In this document: positions 13,869-26,173 of the stretch, piece after piece
How the letters are laid out: each line of letters begins with the position of its first letter
How positions within the stretch are numbered: the first letter of the stretch is position 1
DNA from: Zootoca vivipara
Lineage: Eukaryota
DNA length: 64,000 nt
Assembly (NCBI RefSeq): GCF_963506605.1
Contig: NC_083292.1
Coordinates: 29,512,001 to 29,576,000 of the forward strand
Direction of reading: 5' to 3'
Notes under the pieces: generated by a model
The model's input: the letters and a program-made list of their open reading frames with translations, nothing else
Database searches by the model: none
Told to the model about the DNA's origin: nothing
Position numbers and translations under genes: made by a program

Positions 13869-16800
13869 ACCTAGACAGTCCTAATCCAGTGTCCTGTTTC
13901 CTCCCCTGTCCAACCCGATGCTTCTTGGGGAGCCCACAAGCAGGGCACAGGGACACTGTGGTTCACCAGCAACTGGAATTCAAGTGGCACCCTGCCTCAG
14001 GTAAAGGTGGTAAGACATAACTAATGGGATGTAATGGGACTAGTTGGATACAGAGGAATGGTAGGAGGAACCAACTGGGGAGCCAGCAAGGGAACAGGCT
14101 CAGAGCCTGGGGAGCGGTGGTGGGACAATGATTAGTGGTTATAGAGAGAAGAGAAAGAGGACTGGGAAGAGGAGGAGGTGTCGGAAGCTGACGTGGTAAC
14201 AGACCTTAGTGAACAGGGGAAGTCTCTGGTAGAAAGAAGACCAGAGGCAGAAGCAGAAGGAGGGAAGCCAAGAGCCAGAGATGAATCAGGAGGGTGCCTT
14301 CCCCTCCTGCTATGACAAGCACCCCTCCCTCCTGTCTTCCAGAACCAGAAGAGGGCTGAAAGGGGCAGAGCAGTGACAGGCTTCACACAGGCACAGCCTC
14401 TGATTGCTTGGGAAGAGCCCTGGAGAGGAGGGGACTTAGATGGCTGTGGGGGGGGGGCTCGGCAACTGATTTATGAGCGGGGATGAGCTGCTGTGCTCAT
14501 TAAGCATATAACGTTCCTTCTTCCTGATCTGCACTGCTTGCGATTTGCTACCAGGCCAAGTTCAAGGAGTTACTAGTAGCATATAAAGCCTATCACAGCC
14601 TGGGATCAGTATACTTGCGGGATTGCTTTGCCCCCTATGTACCCACTTGACAGCTTCGATCGCCAGAACTGGCGCTGTTACAGGGGCCCATAATACCCCT
14701 TCTGCGCTTTGGAATCGCTGTAATCTTATCGGAGTACATTTTTGTTAAGGCAAGCCTGTTCAGAGACGGAGAGGCAACCCACTCCGATGGGCGGCATAGA
14801 AAGATCAAAACCATCATCTCTTTTTAGCTTCTGATGATTTTAATAATCTTTTAACTGTTTTTAAACACCTGTCTTTAACTGCTTTTTATTCATAATTTTA
14901 ACTTTTTTTGCATTTTTGTAAAACGCTTAGAGCTCCTCTTACGATCCAGCGCTATATAGATTTTGTTAGCGTTTTATTCCCCCCAAGAAAAAAAAGGTGG
15001 TAATACTCAATATGAAGTTGTTACAGTTAGTGCTACTTTTAACATTTTGGGGGGATTGGGGGGAAAAGATGCCAGTACTACTGCACACCCTTGAGTACCC
15101 CCAGAAAAACGCACTGGGTTTTGTTAAATAAATAAAAATAAATACATTTAAATAACAAGAAAATCAGACCAAGGCTGCAGTATTTCTTTGCTGTAGGTTC
15201 CCATTCAAATCAGTGGGTCTTAGCGTAAGCGCTGTGTTTTTATACCCTCAGGTTCATGAATGGACTGAGATCTAGGGGGCTTCTCAGTCCATAAAGGCAG
15301 TGACCCTGTTTCAAGGCCAGGCTTTGGGCAGTCAGCGCCCCTCCAACTTTTGGCAGTGGGCGGAAAAGCCTACGTCATGCAGCCTCTGCCAGGCACCCTC
15401 TTAGCCGTGAGCTTGCTGAGGACACGGCTAAAGGTAAGAGGAGTTTAAGAGTAAATAATATTGCAGCTAAGCTGCTTTCATGTATCTCCCACAACAGCCT
15501 CAATCAATCCCTTGCAGTTTGGCAGAAGAGTCTCGTGGTTCGGAGTGGAGCCGGCCGCTCTTCCTCTCCCCACAGCGGCCCCATTTGCAATAAGTCTCAT
15601 CTCTCTCTCTCTCTGGGTCCTTCTGTGTGTTGCTCCCCAGAGCTGGCGTTTTTTTTACAGGCCCTAGCTGTCAAAATGGCAGGTAGCCGGTAATTAGCCA
15701 CTGAAAACATAGCAAATCAGATGGCCACCATCTGCCGGGTTCTTCTGACAGGCTCTCTGCCCATAAATCTGCCGGCTTTTCATGCCTTGACTCTGCCCCC
15801 CAAATAGAGATGGCGAAGGAATCCGATCCAGTTCGCATTTAAAGGCACGTCCCGAAACAATAAGTGAACCGAAAAACAGCTGTCCTTCGAAATTTGCAAT
15901 TCTCCAGATTTTGCGACTCAGTTCTCCAGGCAAGTAATGTATACAGAAATGCATACACAGGACTAGGGAAAGGTGTGCATGAATGCATATTAGGGTGATG
16001 ACTTTTTCATTTTTCCCCCTCAAAAATTATTTCCTGTAGCACAAATGGATGAACTTTTGCCTATTAATGACTAAAATGAGGTATATTCCACTGAAATATT
16101 AAAAAAGGTTACACACAAACCGTTTTTAGTTTTTTTGTATGCCGTTTTACCATTTCATAAAATTGTATTAACAATCCTATATATATTTCGTATCAAATTT
16201 GAACACAACACCACATTCCACATTGGGGAGTGTTCTTAGCAACATTGGGTATACAAATGTCACACCTGCGCAAGGTAAAAGCCCCTTTTGGGGACCTCAA
16301 AACTCAGCCAGCAGACCCTGCCGGGGATGCTGGGAAAAGAACCTACAGGAGAGGTAGCAAAACATCGTCCTCTAGCGGCGTCTATACTGTTACTGCAGCT
16401 AAAAAAAGCTTCCTTGTGTGTTTGATGACCCTATATAATGTTGTATATATGTGACTCTAATGCTTGGGTTCAATTTTATATCTGCTTACAGTGACTTCAA
16501 AAATGGTTAAAAATCTCATAAATAAAAATTTTAAAATCATTTTGTGCGGGAGGTGTTTTTTTTACCAAATCTCTTTGAAAGTAAGATTTTATCTAATCTT
16601 TAATGAAAGCTCATCAAATTATGATACAGGGAAATGAGGTTGTAAAAAAGTCACCATCCTAATGCATATGCTAGTAAGAAAGAACAAAAATGCATTACAG
16701 TATGGAGCTTATGTGTGTGCATGTAAATATATGGCTTGTTTGTGACAGGACTCACTAGTGCAGAATACTGGCATCTCTCTCTCTCTCTCTCTCTTGCTCC

Positions 16801-17030
16801 CCATGGCAGCCATTTTGTGCCGGCACCTACAGCAGTTTTACTATGAATATATCATTAGCATAAATGTCTCCAATAAACATTAACTTACTAGGTTGCCAAA
16901 TAGACAAGTTGGTGTCAGTCCTTCTGCTGATTAGGGTTGCCAACTTACTTTAAAAAAAAGTTTAAACGTACAAGATGAATTTTAATCATGACACTGGCAC
17001 CTCAATTTTTTTTACCTTTATCTCTGCATG

Positions 17031-17222
17031 TACAGTCATACCTCGGTTTAAGTACGCTTCCGTTTGAGTACTTTCAGTTTAAGTACTCTGCGGACCCGTC
17101 TGGAACGGATTCATCCACTTTCCATTACTTTCAATGGGAAAGTTCGCTTCAGGTTAAGTACGCTTCAGGTTAAGTACAGACTTCTGGAACCAATTGTGTA
17201 CTTAAACCGAGGTACCACTGTA
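17031..17222. mobile_element. Tc1/mariner (Tigger-like) MITE
   Basis: TA-flanked TIRs cagtcatacctcggtttaagtac...gtacttaaaccgaggtaccactg. Confidence 0.75.
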
Positions 17223-17320
17223 TATAAACACTGTACAGTATACCTAAATAAACCATGTTTTGTCAGATAAATAGTTCGGGAGTGTGAAAACTTCCAAAAA
17301 TGACTATATTCCACCTTTAT

Positions 17321-17456
17321 CAGGCATCCCCAAACTTCAGCCCTCCAGATGTTTTGGACTACAATTCCCATCTTCCCCGACCACTGGTCCTGTTAGCTAG
17401 GGATCATGGGAGTTGTAGGCCAAAACAGCTGGAGGGCCACAGTTTGGGGATGCCTT
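17321..17456. mobile_element. Palindromic hAT-type MITE copy
   Basis: Same sequence family as 13722-13868. Confidence 0.8.
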
Positions 17457-19191
17457 GTTGGATTTTTTGAATAGTCAAGTTACTTTAGAGCCAGTCTAAT
17501 GTAAATACTGTCTGTTTAAGAGAAACAGGTGCAGGTGGTTTCTGTTAATTGCCCACAAGCGTGGGCTCTGCTTCTTGTATATAAGGCTCTGCCAGAAAGC
17601 CTTCTGTATCTCTTAGTTAGATCTTTCAGTTTGATTCATCTCGTAGTAGATCACTCTCTCAGTTGTTCTCAGTTTAAGAGATTCCTTAGTTGAATTTTAG
17701 TATGATTGCTTAGTTATAATGCTAGAATACTGTTAATTCTCGGGTAGTTTAATGGGAGGTTTGTGGGAGGTTTTGAATGTGGGTAGATAACATTGCTAAG
17801 AGAGAAAGCATTTATCTTTAGTTTAAAGTCTCTTTAGAGTCAGTTTGTTTTTCAGTTAAAGAAACCCAACAGTTTGTATTTTCTTCTGTATGCTTTTACA
17901 AGCGTACAGCTAGTAAGGGGTTTCATATAAGGGAGATAATTCCCTACGCTCTTGGTGGTGTTTTCTTAGCCAGGTCGACTTCTGACTGCGTATACTCTGC
18001 GTGAAGCATACTTTAAAGGGCCACTGAAAACTGGGATATACGATTTAGATTAAGCAAGTTTCAATACCCAGTTTTCTCCAATATTATTCTTATCATATAT
18101 ATATATATTATTTTTCAATATGCCTGGCCTACCTCATCCTCGTAGGCGGCTCTCATAACACATCAGGCTCCAATCCTGGCACAAACCCTGTTTCATCCTA
18201 TTCCATTTTGGCTCTGTCCCATAGTCATCAAGTTCCACCCCAACTGCACTTTCCTTCTGCAAAACTTTTCTGGCTCCACCCCTCACTCATCAAGCTCCAC
18301 CCTCATCCCATACCTGCCCTGCTTCTCTCCAGAGTCTTCAGTTTCCACTCTGTCTCTGCCCCTGTCCTGTGAGATTGCATTCGGGCTTCTATGGCCCCAG
18401 TACGATCCAGGAACCAGGAACGTAGAAATCACACTTGGCAACCACACCCAGCACTGAAAACGAGCTCTATGCATGCAAAGATTGCCTTTCCTCCAAGCCG
18501 CTTAAGTGCACAGCAACCCTGCAAGGGATTAGGCTGAGAGGTAATGATTTGCTTGTGGGGCATCAGCTGAACAGAACTTCAGCTTGGCTCCCAAATCTGC
18601 AACTGTGCCGTTATCTGTAGAGCGGGCGACCGACCGTCTGGACCCCCAACAGTTATTTTTGTTGGCACAGAATTCACGAGGCTGGCTCCCGCTCCCACGG
18701 CTTCTGGAATCGGAACTCGGGTCTCAAAGTCACTTGCCTACTTTTGCAAAACTGGCCCCCAGGGCCTCGAGGCAAGGCAGGAGAGAAGGGAAAGGGAGGC
18801 AGCGCAGAGCTTTCCAGTTCTGTGAAGGTTTCTTTAGTGGGCAAGAGTTACCTGTCCGTTTGCGTTAGCTCACTGAAGGCGAGAGGTGTACCGTGATGAC
18901 AGCCGGTTGATTGCTTTGACAGGCCAGCGAGTCCAACGCCCGGGGCCCTGGGGCAGCGCAGCTGGAGCAGCACTTTGGCCAAGCCATGCTGGGATACCAT
19001 CTGTGGTTAGAGGTACCTGATTCCAGACTTGCTGGTCTTCTCAGTTGCTGCTGAAACCATTTGTAAAGTCAGCCGGATCATTTGGAGAAATCCTTCCGAA
19101 AGTCCCCCAGTTATTTTGTATTCATTTCGTATCTTCTTTACTTGTTTAAGAAGTATTTTTTTAATTAAAAAACTAGCAGCCTCATAATACT

Positions 19192-19436
19192 AATACTTTG
19201 GCCACCTCATGAGAAGAGAAGAATCCTTGGAAAAGACCCTGATGTTGGGAAAGATTGAGGGTGCTAGGAGAAGGGGACGACAGAGGACGAGACGGTTGGA
19301 CAGTGTTCTCGAGGCTACGAACATGAGTTTGACCAAACTGCGGGAGGCAGTGGAAGACAGGAGTGCCTGGCGTGCTCTGGTCCATGGGGTCACGGAGAGT
19401 CGGACACGACTAAACGACTAAACAACAACAACAACA
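19192..19436 (+). mobile_element. BovB (RTE) LINE 3' fragment
   Basis: MRREESLEKTLMLGKIEG..RRRGRQR.R.LD...AVEDRSAWRALVHGV, (CAA)n tail. Confidence 0.9.
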
Positions 19437-19950
19437 GCCTCATACCCAGCAAAACAAAACTACGGCAGTTCTGAAAGCAGTGGGTAAAATCAGGGCAGTT
19501 ACGGAAGGCCCGTCCGCCATGTTGATTCAAAATGGTGCCCAACTTTAGATAAAGCTTGTCGACTTTAGATAAACCTGCTCCTTCATCTCATGAGAATCTT
19601 CCTTGCGTCAAGAAGGTCCTCAAATGAATCCCCGGCATCTCCAGGTGGGGCTGGAGGAGACTCCTGCCTGGTACCCTGGAGCATCACTGCTGCCAGTCAG
19701 TATAGGAAATACTGAGCTAGATGGACCACTGGTCTGCCTTAGTATAAGGCAGCCTCCTGTGTTCTTGAAAGCCCTGCAAATTGACTAGATATTTGAAGCC
19801 AGTCAACTCCGGTTTCCCCAACCTCCCCTGAGACGCCTGTAGCTGGAAATTGTTCACTGAGTGGGCCTATGGAGGCAGTGGATCACCAAGCAACAGATAT
19901 AATAGGTAGCTTAATAGGTTCAGGGATCATATACAGATAAAGGCTTAGGT

Positions 19951-20078
19951 CAGGCATCCCCAAACTGCGGCCCTCCAGATGTTTTGGCCTACAACTCCCA
20001 TGATCCCTAGCTAACAGGACCAGTGGTCAGGGATGATGGGAATTGTAGTCCAAAACATCTGGAGTTTGGGGATGCCTG
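19951..20078. mobile_element. Palindromic hAT-type MITE copy
   Basis: TIRs plus 8-bp TSD gcttaggt on both sides. Confidence 0.85.
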
Positions 20079-20334
20079 GCTTAGGTCTTGTCAGTTAGCT
20101 CTGTGCATTTGTCCTCAAAGGCTGGACTACCGGAAGATGGAGGCAAGTTGATTAATAATAATAATAATAATAATATGATGCTGCCCATCTGACTGGGCTG
20201 CCCCAGCCACTCTGGGCAGCTTCCAACCAATTAAAACATCAAACACAGTAAAACATCAAACTGCGCTGAGGTTTTTAACAATAAAGCGGTATATAAATTT
20301 TATGAAGTAAAAAAAAATGAAGTTAGTGAGCAAC

Positions 20335-20705
20335 CTAATAATAATAATAATAATAATAATAATATATTATTTGTACCCCACCCATCTGGCTGAGTCTCTC
20401 CAGCCACTCTGGGTGGCTCCCGATCGAATATTAAAACAATACAGCATTAAATATTAAAAACTTCCCCAAACAGGGCTGCCTTCAGATGTCTTTTAAAAAT
20501 AGGATAGCTGCTTATTTCCTTGACATCTGTTTGAAGGGCGTTCCACAGGGCGGGTGCCACTACCGAAAAGGCCCTCTGCCTGGTTCCCTGTAGCTTTGCT
20601 TCTCGCAGTGAGGGAACCGCCAGAAGGCCCTTGGCGCTGGATCTCAATGTCCGGGCTGAACAATGGGGGTGGAGATGCTCCTTCAGGTATACAGCACTGA
20701 GGCCT
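20335..20705 (-). mobile_element. L2-clade LINE 3' fragment
   Basis: RAFSVVAPALWNAL...FKRHLKAALF motif, (ATT)n tail. Confidence 0.8.
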
Positions 20706-21774
20706 GCACCCTTTTTGTTCTATTGCATTTTTAAAAAAGGACTGGACACTTTTAAAAGCAAAAAACTGAAATTTCAGGAAAGAGGCAAATTGGAATATTG
20801 GGGGGAAGGGGGAGTGGACTCCACAAGCCTCAGAAACTCAGTCCCCCATAGCTATCATTTTGGCCATTATATGTTCCTCTGCACCGTCTCCTTCTCTTTA
20901 TGCTCTCAGATCCCTCCCTATTGCTATTTCTTCTTTCTCCTCCCATGGTTATTCTCAAGTTTGCTCGGGGCTACCGGTATTTTTTCCTAGAAAAAGAGGT
21001 GCTGGAACTCACCATGAACTTGTTTCCTTATAATGGCAACGGCGCCCACCTGAGAGCTGCCAGAACTGAGTGTCGGCTGAAAAAAGCCCTGAATTTGCGA
21101 ATGCTCCCTGCATTAATGCTCCAGGCCCTTTTGCCTATCACCAGCCCTCTCTGGGAGTAGAGCTGTGGGGCCAATAGCCGCCAGACACACTTAGGCCTGC
21201 TCTGTCCTTCTGTGACGTAAGAGGAGCTCAGCCAATCAGTGCAAGAGGCTCCAGCTTCACAGCCTATTTGGGCATACTATGCCCTCATCCCGCTAACGTG
21301 CTGAGAACGAACATGAAGCGCTCAGACGGCATGTCATAAAAATTCCTGCGGGTTCACTTTCCCGTGCCCATGGGTTCTCTCTCCGCCCCCACACCCCCCC
21401 GCAATCCAAGTTAAAAGCCAGCCTGGTGCTCTGAGTCAAGAGCACCTCTTATAAAACACGGGAGCGGTTGCATAACCATCTCAGAGGGAGTTCTACAAAG
21501 TTTTCTGCTTAAAGAATAGCTCCTTGCTTCACAGAGTGAGCTTTCTGAAATGGGATCTGAAATTTCAGCCCAGCCCAGCCCCGCCCCCCCGCCCACCTCA
21601 TCCACTGTCTCTGGGGGTTTAAAAGGACAGAAAACCTGAGAGAGAATGTTCTGGAAGAAAGCAGCAGCAACAGCACGGAGAGGAGAAATGGCCCAGAGCT
21701 ATTCCTCCCCATGGGCTGCCTCCCCAAATTATTGTGGCCATTGACAGCTGCCTTCTCTGTGAATTTGCCTAAAC

Positions 21775-22104
21775 CAGGGGTCACCCACCGCGCTTTGGGC
21801 CAGTGCCTGCAGCGCCGACCGCGCGGCGGGCCGGAGAGTGCACGCCCATACGCGTGTGCACACGCTATTTCGGTGCGCCTCCGGGTCGCAGGAGCACCGG
21901 AAATAGCTTGTGCGTATGCATACGGGCCTCCTCCAACCCAGAAATAACGTGCGTGCAAGTTATTTCCGGTGCTCCTTCAACCCGGAAGTGGGCAGCCGCG
22001 CTGCGCCGGTAAGAGTGCGCAGCGGCAGTGGGCATTGCCGCGGGCCGGATAAATGCGTCCTTCGGGCCATATCCAGCCCACAGGCCATAGTTTGGGGATC
22101 CCTG
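21775..22104. mobile_element. hAT (Charlie-like) non-autonomous element with GC-rich internal repeats
   Basis: Ends caggggtc...ggggatccctg, near-TSD (g/t)cctaaac. Confidence 0.65.
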
Positions 22105-22497
22105 TCCTAAACCTCTTTTAAAGACATCCACATTGCTGACCATCGCTGCCTCCTGCAGGAGAGAGTTCCACAGTTGAACGATGCGCCGTGCAAAGTAAAA
22201 TCTTTGTCCTGCATCATCCAGAGTGATAAATTCTAACGGATTTTGGAAGCCCGCAAGCAGGACCTGAGGGCAACTTTCCTTGCTTGTGATTCCCAGCAAA
22301 TGGAGGGAGAATATAGCCAGTGCGACTCGTAGGCCTTGATAGCCTGACCTGCCCCTCCAACCTTCCTCTCGAGTGTCCCCTCCTCCTATCCTCCACCCAC
22401 CTGTGTAAGGAATGTGTGAAGCAGATGGGAAGGATAATCAGGGGTTATTAAAATTAATAATAACCAGGTTCCAATTAGGGACGATGTTTTGTCTAAC

Positions 22498-22897
22498 CCA
22501 GCCACCCCCAAACTGCGGCCCTCCAGATGTTTTGGCCTACAACTCCCATGATCCCTAGCTAACAGGACCAGTGGTCAGGGAAGATGGGAATTGTAGTCCA
22601 AAACATCTGGAGGGTCGAAATTTGGGGATGCCTGGTCTAAAGCATGGGTAGGCAAACTAAGGCCCGGGGGCCTGATTCGGCCCAATCACCTTCTAAATCC
22701 GGCCTGCGGACGGTCCGGGAAACAGTATGTTTTTACATGAGTAGAATATGTGCTTTTATTTAAAATGCATCTCTGGGTTATTTGTATGGCATAGGAATTC
22801 GTTCACTCCCCCCCCCCCCAAAAAATATAGTCCGGCCCCCCACAAGGTCTGAGGGACAGTGGACCGGCCCCCTGCTGAAAAAGTTTGCTGACCCCTG
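22498..22897. mobile_element. Two abutting hAT elements (palindromic MITE 22498-22634 and Charlie-like element 22643-22897)
   Basis: The second element is flanked by TSD gtctaaag; a reverse-oriented copy lies at 56078-56327. Confidence 0.8.
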
Positions 22898-23001
22898 GTC
22901 TAAAGAGAAAAGACAACACACAAGCTCCCCCTTCTGGTAGCTTCTAGTCAAAGCACTTCAGGGTGGAGAAACTGCTTGGTGTGCTTTTTCCCCTTTAGAG
23001 A

Positions 23002-23228
23002 TACAGTGGCACCTCGGTTTACGAACTTAATACGTTCTGGAAGTCCATTCTTAAACCAAGGCGCGCTTTCCCTATTGAGGCATCCTGCCGCCGGTGCCCT
23101 TCCACTGTTCGGCTTCCGTTCGTAGACCGAGGTAAAGTTGGCAAACCGGACACTACTTCCGGTTTTGCGGCATTCTTAAACCGAAGAGTTCGTAAACAGG
23201 GCTGTTCTTAAACCGAGGTACCACTGTA
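23002..23228. mobile_element. Tc1/mariner (Tigger-like) MITE
   Basis: ta-cagtggcacctcggttta...taaaccgaggtaccactg-ta. Confidence 0.75.
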
Positions 23229-23925
23229 CAGGATGCTAAACAGTCATATGCTTTTCCTTATTGTAAATGAGATGCAAAGTTGTGCCCTGGATGGAGCGGG
23301 GCACGACTATTGTTTTTTTAGTATCCCTGAATTTTACAATCGCTAACTGGGTTCTATTCATTGCCATCTAATAACAATAGTAATACTCTTATTCAATCAA
23401 TTATATTATTTGTTTTAAAACGCTTTATATACTAAAGTGATAACCCCCCCCCCCCCATTTAATCACGTCTTGCTTGCCAGGACAGACAACAGAGAGGGGT
23501 GTGTCTGTGTGTGTGTGTGTGTAGAAGCCAGCATATTGTGCAAAGGTACAGTCTTTATCCATTGCTTGGCCTACTTTTGCCTTTGTCTCCACTCCTGCTG
23601 GCACATGGCCCCCCAGAGGGTTTCCCAGAAAGTTAATGTGGCCCTTAAGCTGAAAAATGCTTCCCTAGCCCTGTGGTGAAATGGTTACAACCTGGGAGAC
23701 CAGGGTTCAAATTCCCACTTGGCTGTGAAGCTCACCAGGTGACGCTGGGCCAGTCGCTGTCCCTCAACCTGGCCTACCTCATAGGGTTGCTGTGGGGATA
23801 AAATGGAGGAGGGAGGAACAGTGTACCACTCCTCAGAGGGACCAGTGGGGTGTGAATGTAAGAATAAATAAAACAGAATAAAATGAACTGAAAGTGAATA
23901 TGTACAGTTGTCACCTTTGATCACC

Positions 23926-23931
23926 TTTATT
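23926..23931 (-). other. DUSP23: Probable DUSP23 polyadenylation signal (AATAAA)
   Basis: tttatt on the plus strand, ~530 nt downstream of the stop codon. Confidence 0.45.
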
Positions 23932-24464
23932 TCTGGGCAGTGAAGTGTCAAGCCAGGAGAATCTGCTGGCTTCCGACAGAAAAGAGCACCCCACGACACC
24001 CCTTAAATGCGCAGGCAGTTTGTAAAAGGTCTCCTGACTGCCCATCCTGGCTGTTTCTTCCAGGGTGAAAGGGAAAACTCATTGCTTGCTGCCAACCCTT
24101 GCAATGGGGTCCTGTTCCCTGAGTATCTAATTATCCCACACACAAAAATCAGTTTGTACCCCAACCAGAAGCCCCCACTAAAGAACCCAAAGCATCCCTT
24201 TAAAGCATGTGCAGGGAAACATTGGTCCCCCAGATGTCACTGAACTACAACTCCCATAAGCCTTGGCAAGCAGGGCCAACAGCAAGGCGTGATGGGAGCT
24301 GTAGTTCAGCAACTCTGGAGGGCCGCAGACTGCCTACACCTGCTTCAAACAAGAAAACCAACTAACCAACCAAGCAACAGGGGTTACGGTAAAGGTAAAA
24401 TCCCCTGTGGAGTCAGCTCAGCAGCCGAGGAGTTCCTATTGCGCCTCCACATCTCTTCCTCCAG

Positions 24465-24650
24465 CTATTTGATACGGTGGTGGAACTGGACAACGGCCTT
24501 CTCCTGGTCGTGGGTCTCGATGGAGCCTGGCCGCAGCTTGCGGATCTCGTGGATGGCATCAACGCCAGTGATCTTCTGGGTCTTGGCGAGGTAACAGGCC
24601 AACATGGTTCCGGTTCTGCCAAATCCCAGCATGCAATGCACTGCCACAGC
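24465..24650 (-). CDS. DUSP23: DUSP23 coding exon 2 (catalytic P-loop, stop codon)
   Basis: AVAVHCMLGFGRTGTMLACYLAKTQKITGVDAIHEIRKLRPGSIETHDQEKAVVQFHHRIK*: HCxxGxGRT motif and the DUSP23-type RPGSIET..QEKAV. Acceptor ttttcactag|GCT at 24651/24650. Confidence 0.96.
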   Translation of the reverse strand, partial: AVAVHCMLGFGRTGTMLACYLAKTQKITGVDAIHEIRKLRPGSIETHDQEKAVVQFHHRIK

Positions 24651-24887
24651 CTAGTGAAAAGAGGGGAAGCCGCAGCGTGAAATGGCCCCTCTGGCCCGTG
24701 AGGAAATTAACATTTGTGAAATTAAAGAGCTCCTGGCACGTCTGCACTCTACTGTTGCACACTACCCTGACCTCCGAGCAGTGCAAGATCCCAGGAGTTC
24801 CAAGCACTTACCCAAGGTTCGTGTTTCTTTCAGAATGAGGCACAGCGGAGACTGTGGTGTATTTATGATATATGGTTTATTTATACG

Positions 24888-25175
24888 TACAGCGGTACCT
24901 CGACTTACGAACGACGCAACAACCGAATTTTTCGACTTGCAAATGTAGGCACACGGCCGCACGCTTACGAATGTCTCGACATCCGAAAGGAAACCGCAGA
25001 TTTTTTCGACTTACAAATTTTTAGATATGGTTGCTTCGACTTACAAATTTTTCCGTTTCCAATGCATTCCTATGGGAAATCGTGTTTCCAATGGCGATTT
25101 TTTGACTTACGAATTTTTCGACCTACGAAGGTGCCTTCGGAACGGATTAAATTCGTAAGTCGAGACACCACTGCA
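24888..25175. mobile_element. Tc1/mariner (Tigger-like) MITE in the DUSP23 intron
   Basis: cagcggtacctcgacttacgaa...ttcgtaagtcgagacaccactg, with internal cgacttac repeats. Confidence 0.75.
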
Positions 25176-25903
25176 TATAGAACCTGAGCCTGCATTAATA
25201 TCCCAAGGGGGCATCGTTTCCTTCATAGCCACAGCCTTGAATTCAGGCAGAAATCAAGCATTGCTCTGCCTCTCTCTAGCTTCTAGATCACATCACTGTA
25301 GGCTCAACTCTTACCTCTCATCTTTCTAACTACCAGGCCGAACCTCTGCCACCTCCCCACCCTCCCACAGGGACTGCAGTGAAGCTAGTGAAGCTACTGA
25401 GCTGCTTCTTGAAACTACCTATTCCACGCTTTCTGAAATAATGTGCCAATCGGGGGGGAGGGAACAGCCACCCATCAAAATCCGTACCTCTCCGAATGTT
25501 ACAAGGTAGTTTCCCAGGCAAGGAATGTGTACAAATACACACGCGAAAGTGTAAAAATGGCACACTACGGTACACTGAAAATAACATACGCAAACACATT
25601 GCATTCGACAAAATTGCTCATAATTGGATTTCTGTATTTTAATATTTTGTTGGAAGCCGCCCAGATGGGCAGGGTATAAATATTATTAATATTATTATTA
25701 TAAATTCACACCAAAATTTTCATTTGGATTTTTTTTTAAAAAAAATGCAAACTGGTGTGGAAATGTGAAGACTTAAGGTTGGAAAAGAAACCCATGGAGA
25801 TAGGAATCCGGCCCGCTGCTCGAAGTCCGGTTCGCCACCCCCGGCATAGACAACACTAGACTAGCTAGAGAAATCGCCTTGATACGGCGGCGTGAAAACT
25901 GAC

Positions 25904-26173
25904 CTCCCCCTTGGCGTTGGCATCGTTCACAATCTGCAGGAAGTGCTGGATTTGCTCAGGTGAAGGTGGGCAGAAGTCGGTGATGCGCAGTCGGTGGAGC
26001 TGGATGCCGGGGCAGGTGTCGTGGTACGGTGGGCTGCGCTCCGTGAGTGACACCAGATGTCGGATGCCATGTTCGTGCATGTACCGGTAGTGTGCGGGCA
26101 GGCGGGGCATGGCCAGCCCCGCCAGCTGGCCTGGCGCTACCCAGGAGAAATTGGGTGGCATGTCGGACGCCAT
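25904..26173 (-). CDS. DUSP23: DUSP23 coding exon 1
   Basis: MASDMPPNFSWVAPGQLAGLAMPRLPAHY...RHLVSLTE...DFCPP...ANAKGE. 270 nt, phase-0 donor GAG|gtcagt. Acceptor ctcacag 5 nt upstream of the ATG (exon starts 26178). Spliced product is 151 aa. Confidence 0.96.

Noticed and set aside
17457-18160. AT-rich TG...CA block as a possible solo LTR (similar blocks near 14030-14520, 39230-39770, 52700-53200, 54750-55280)
   Set aside because: No convincing TSD or recognisable family by eye; left unannotated.
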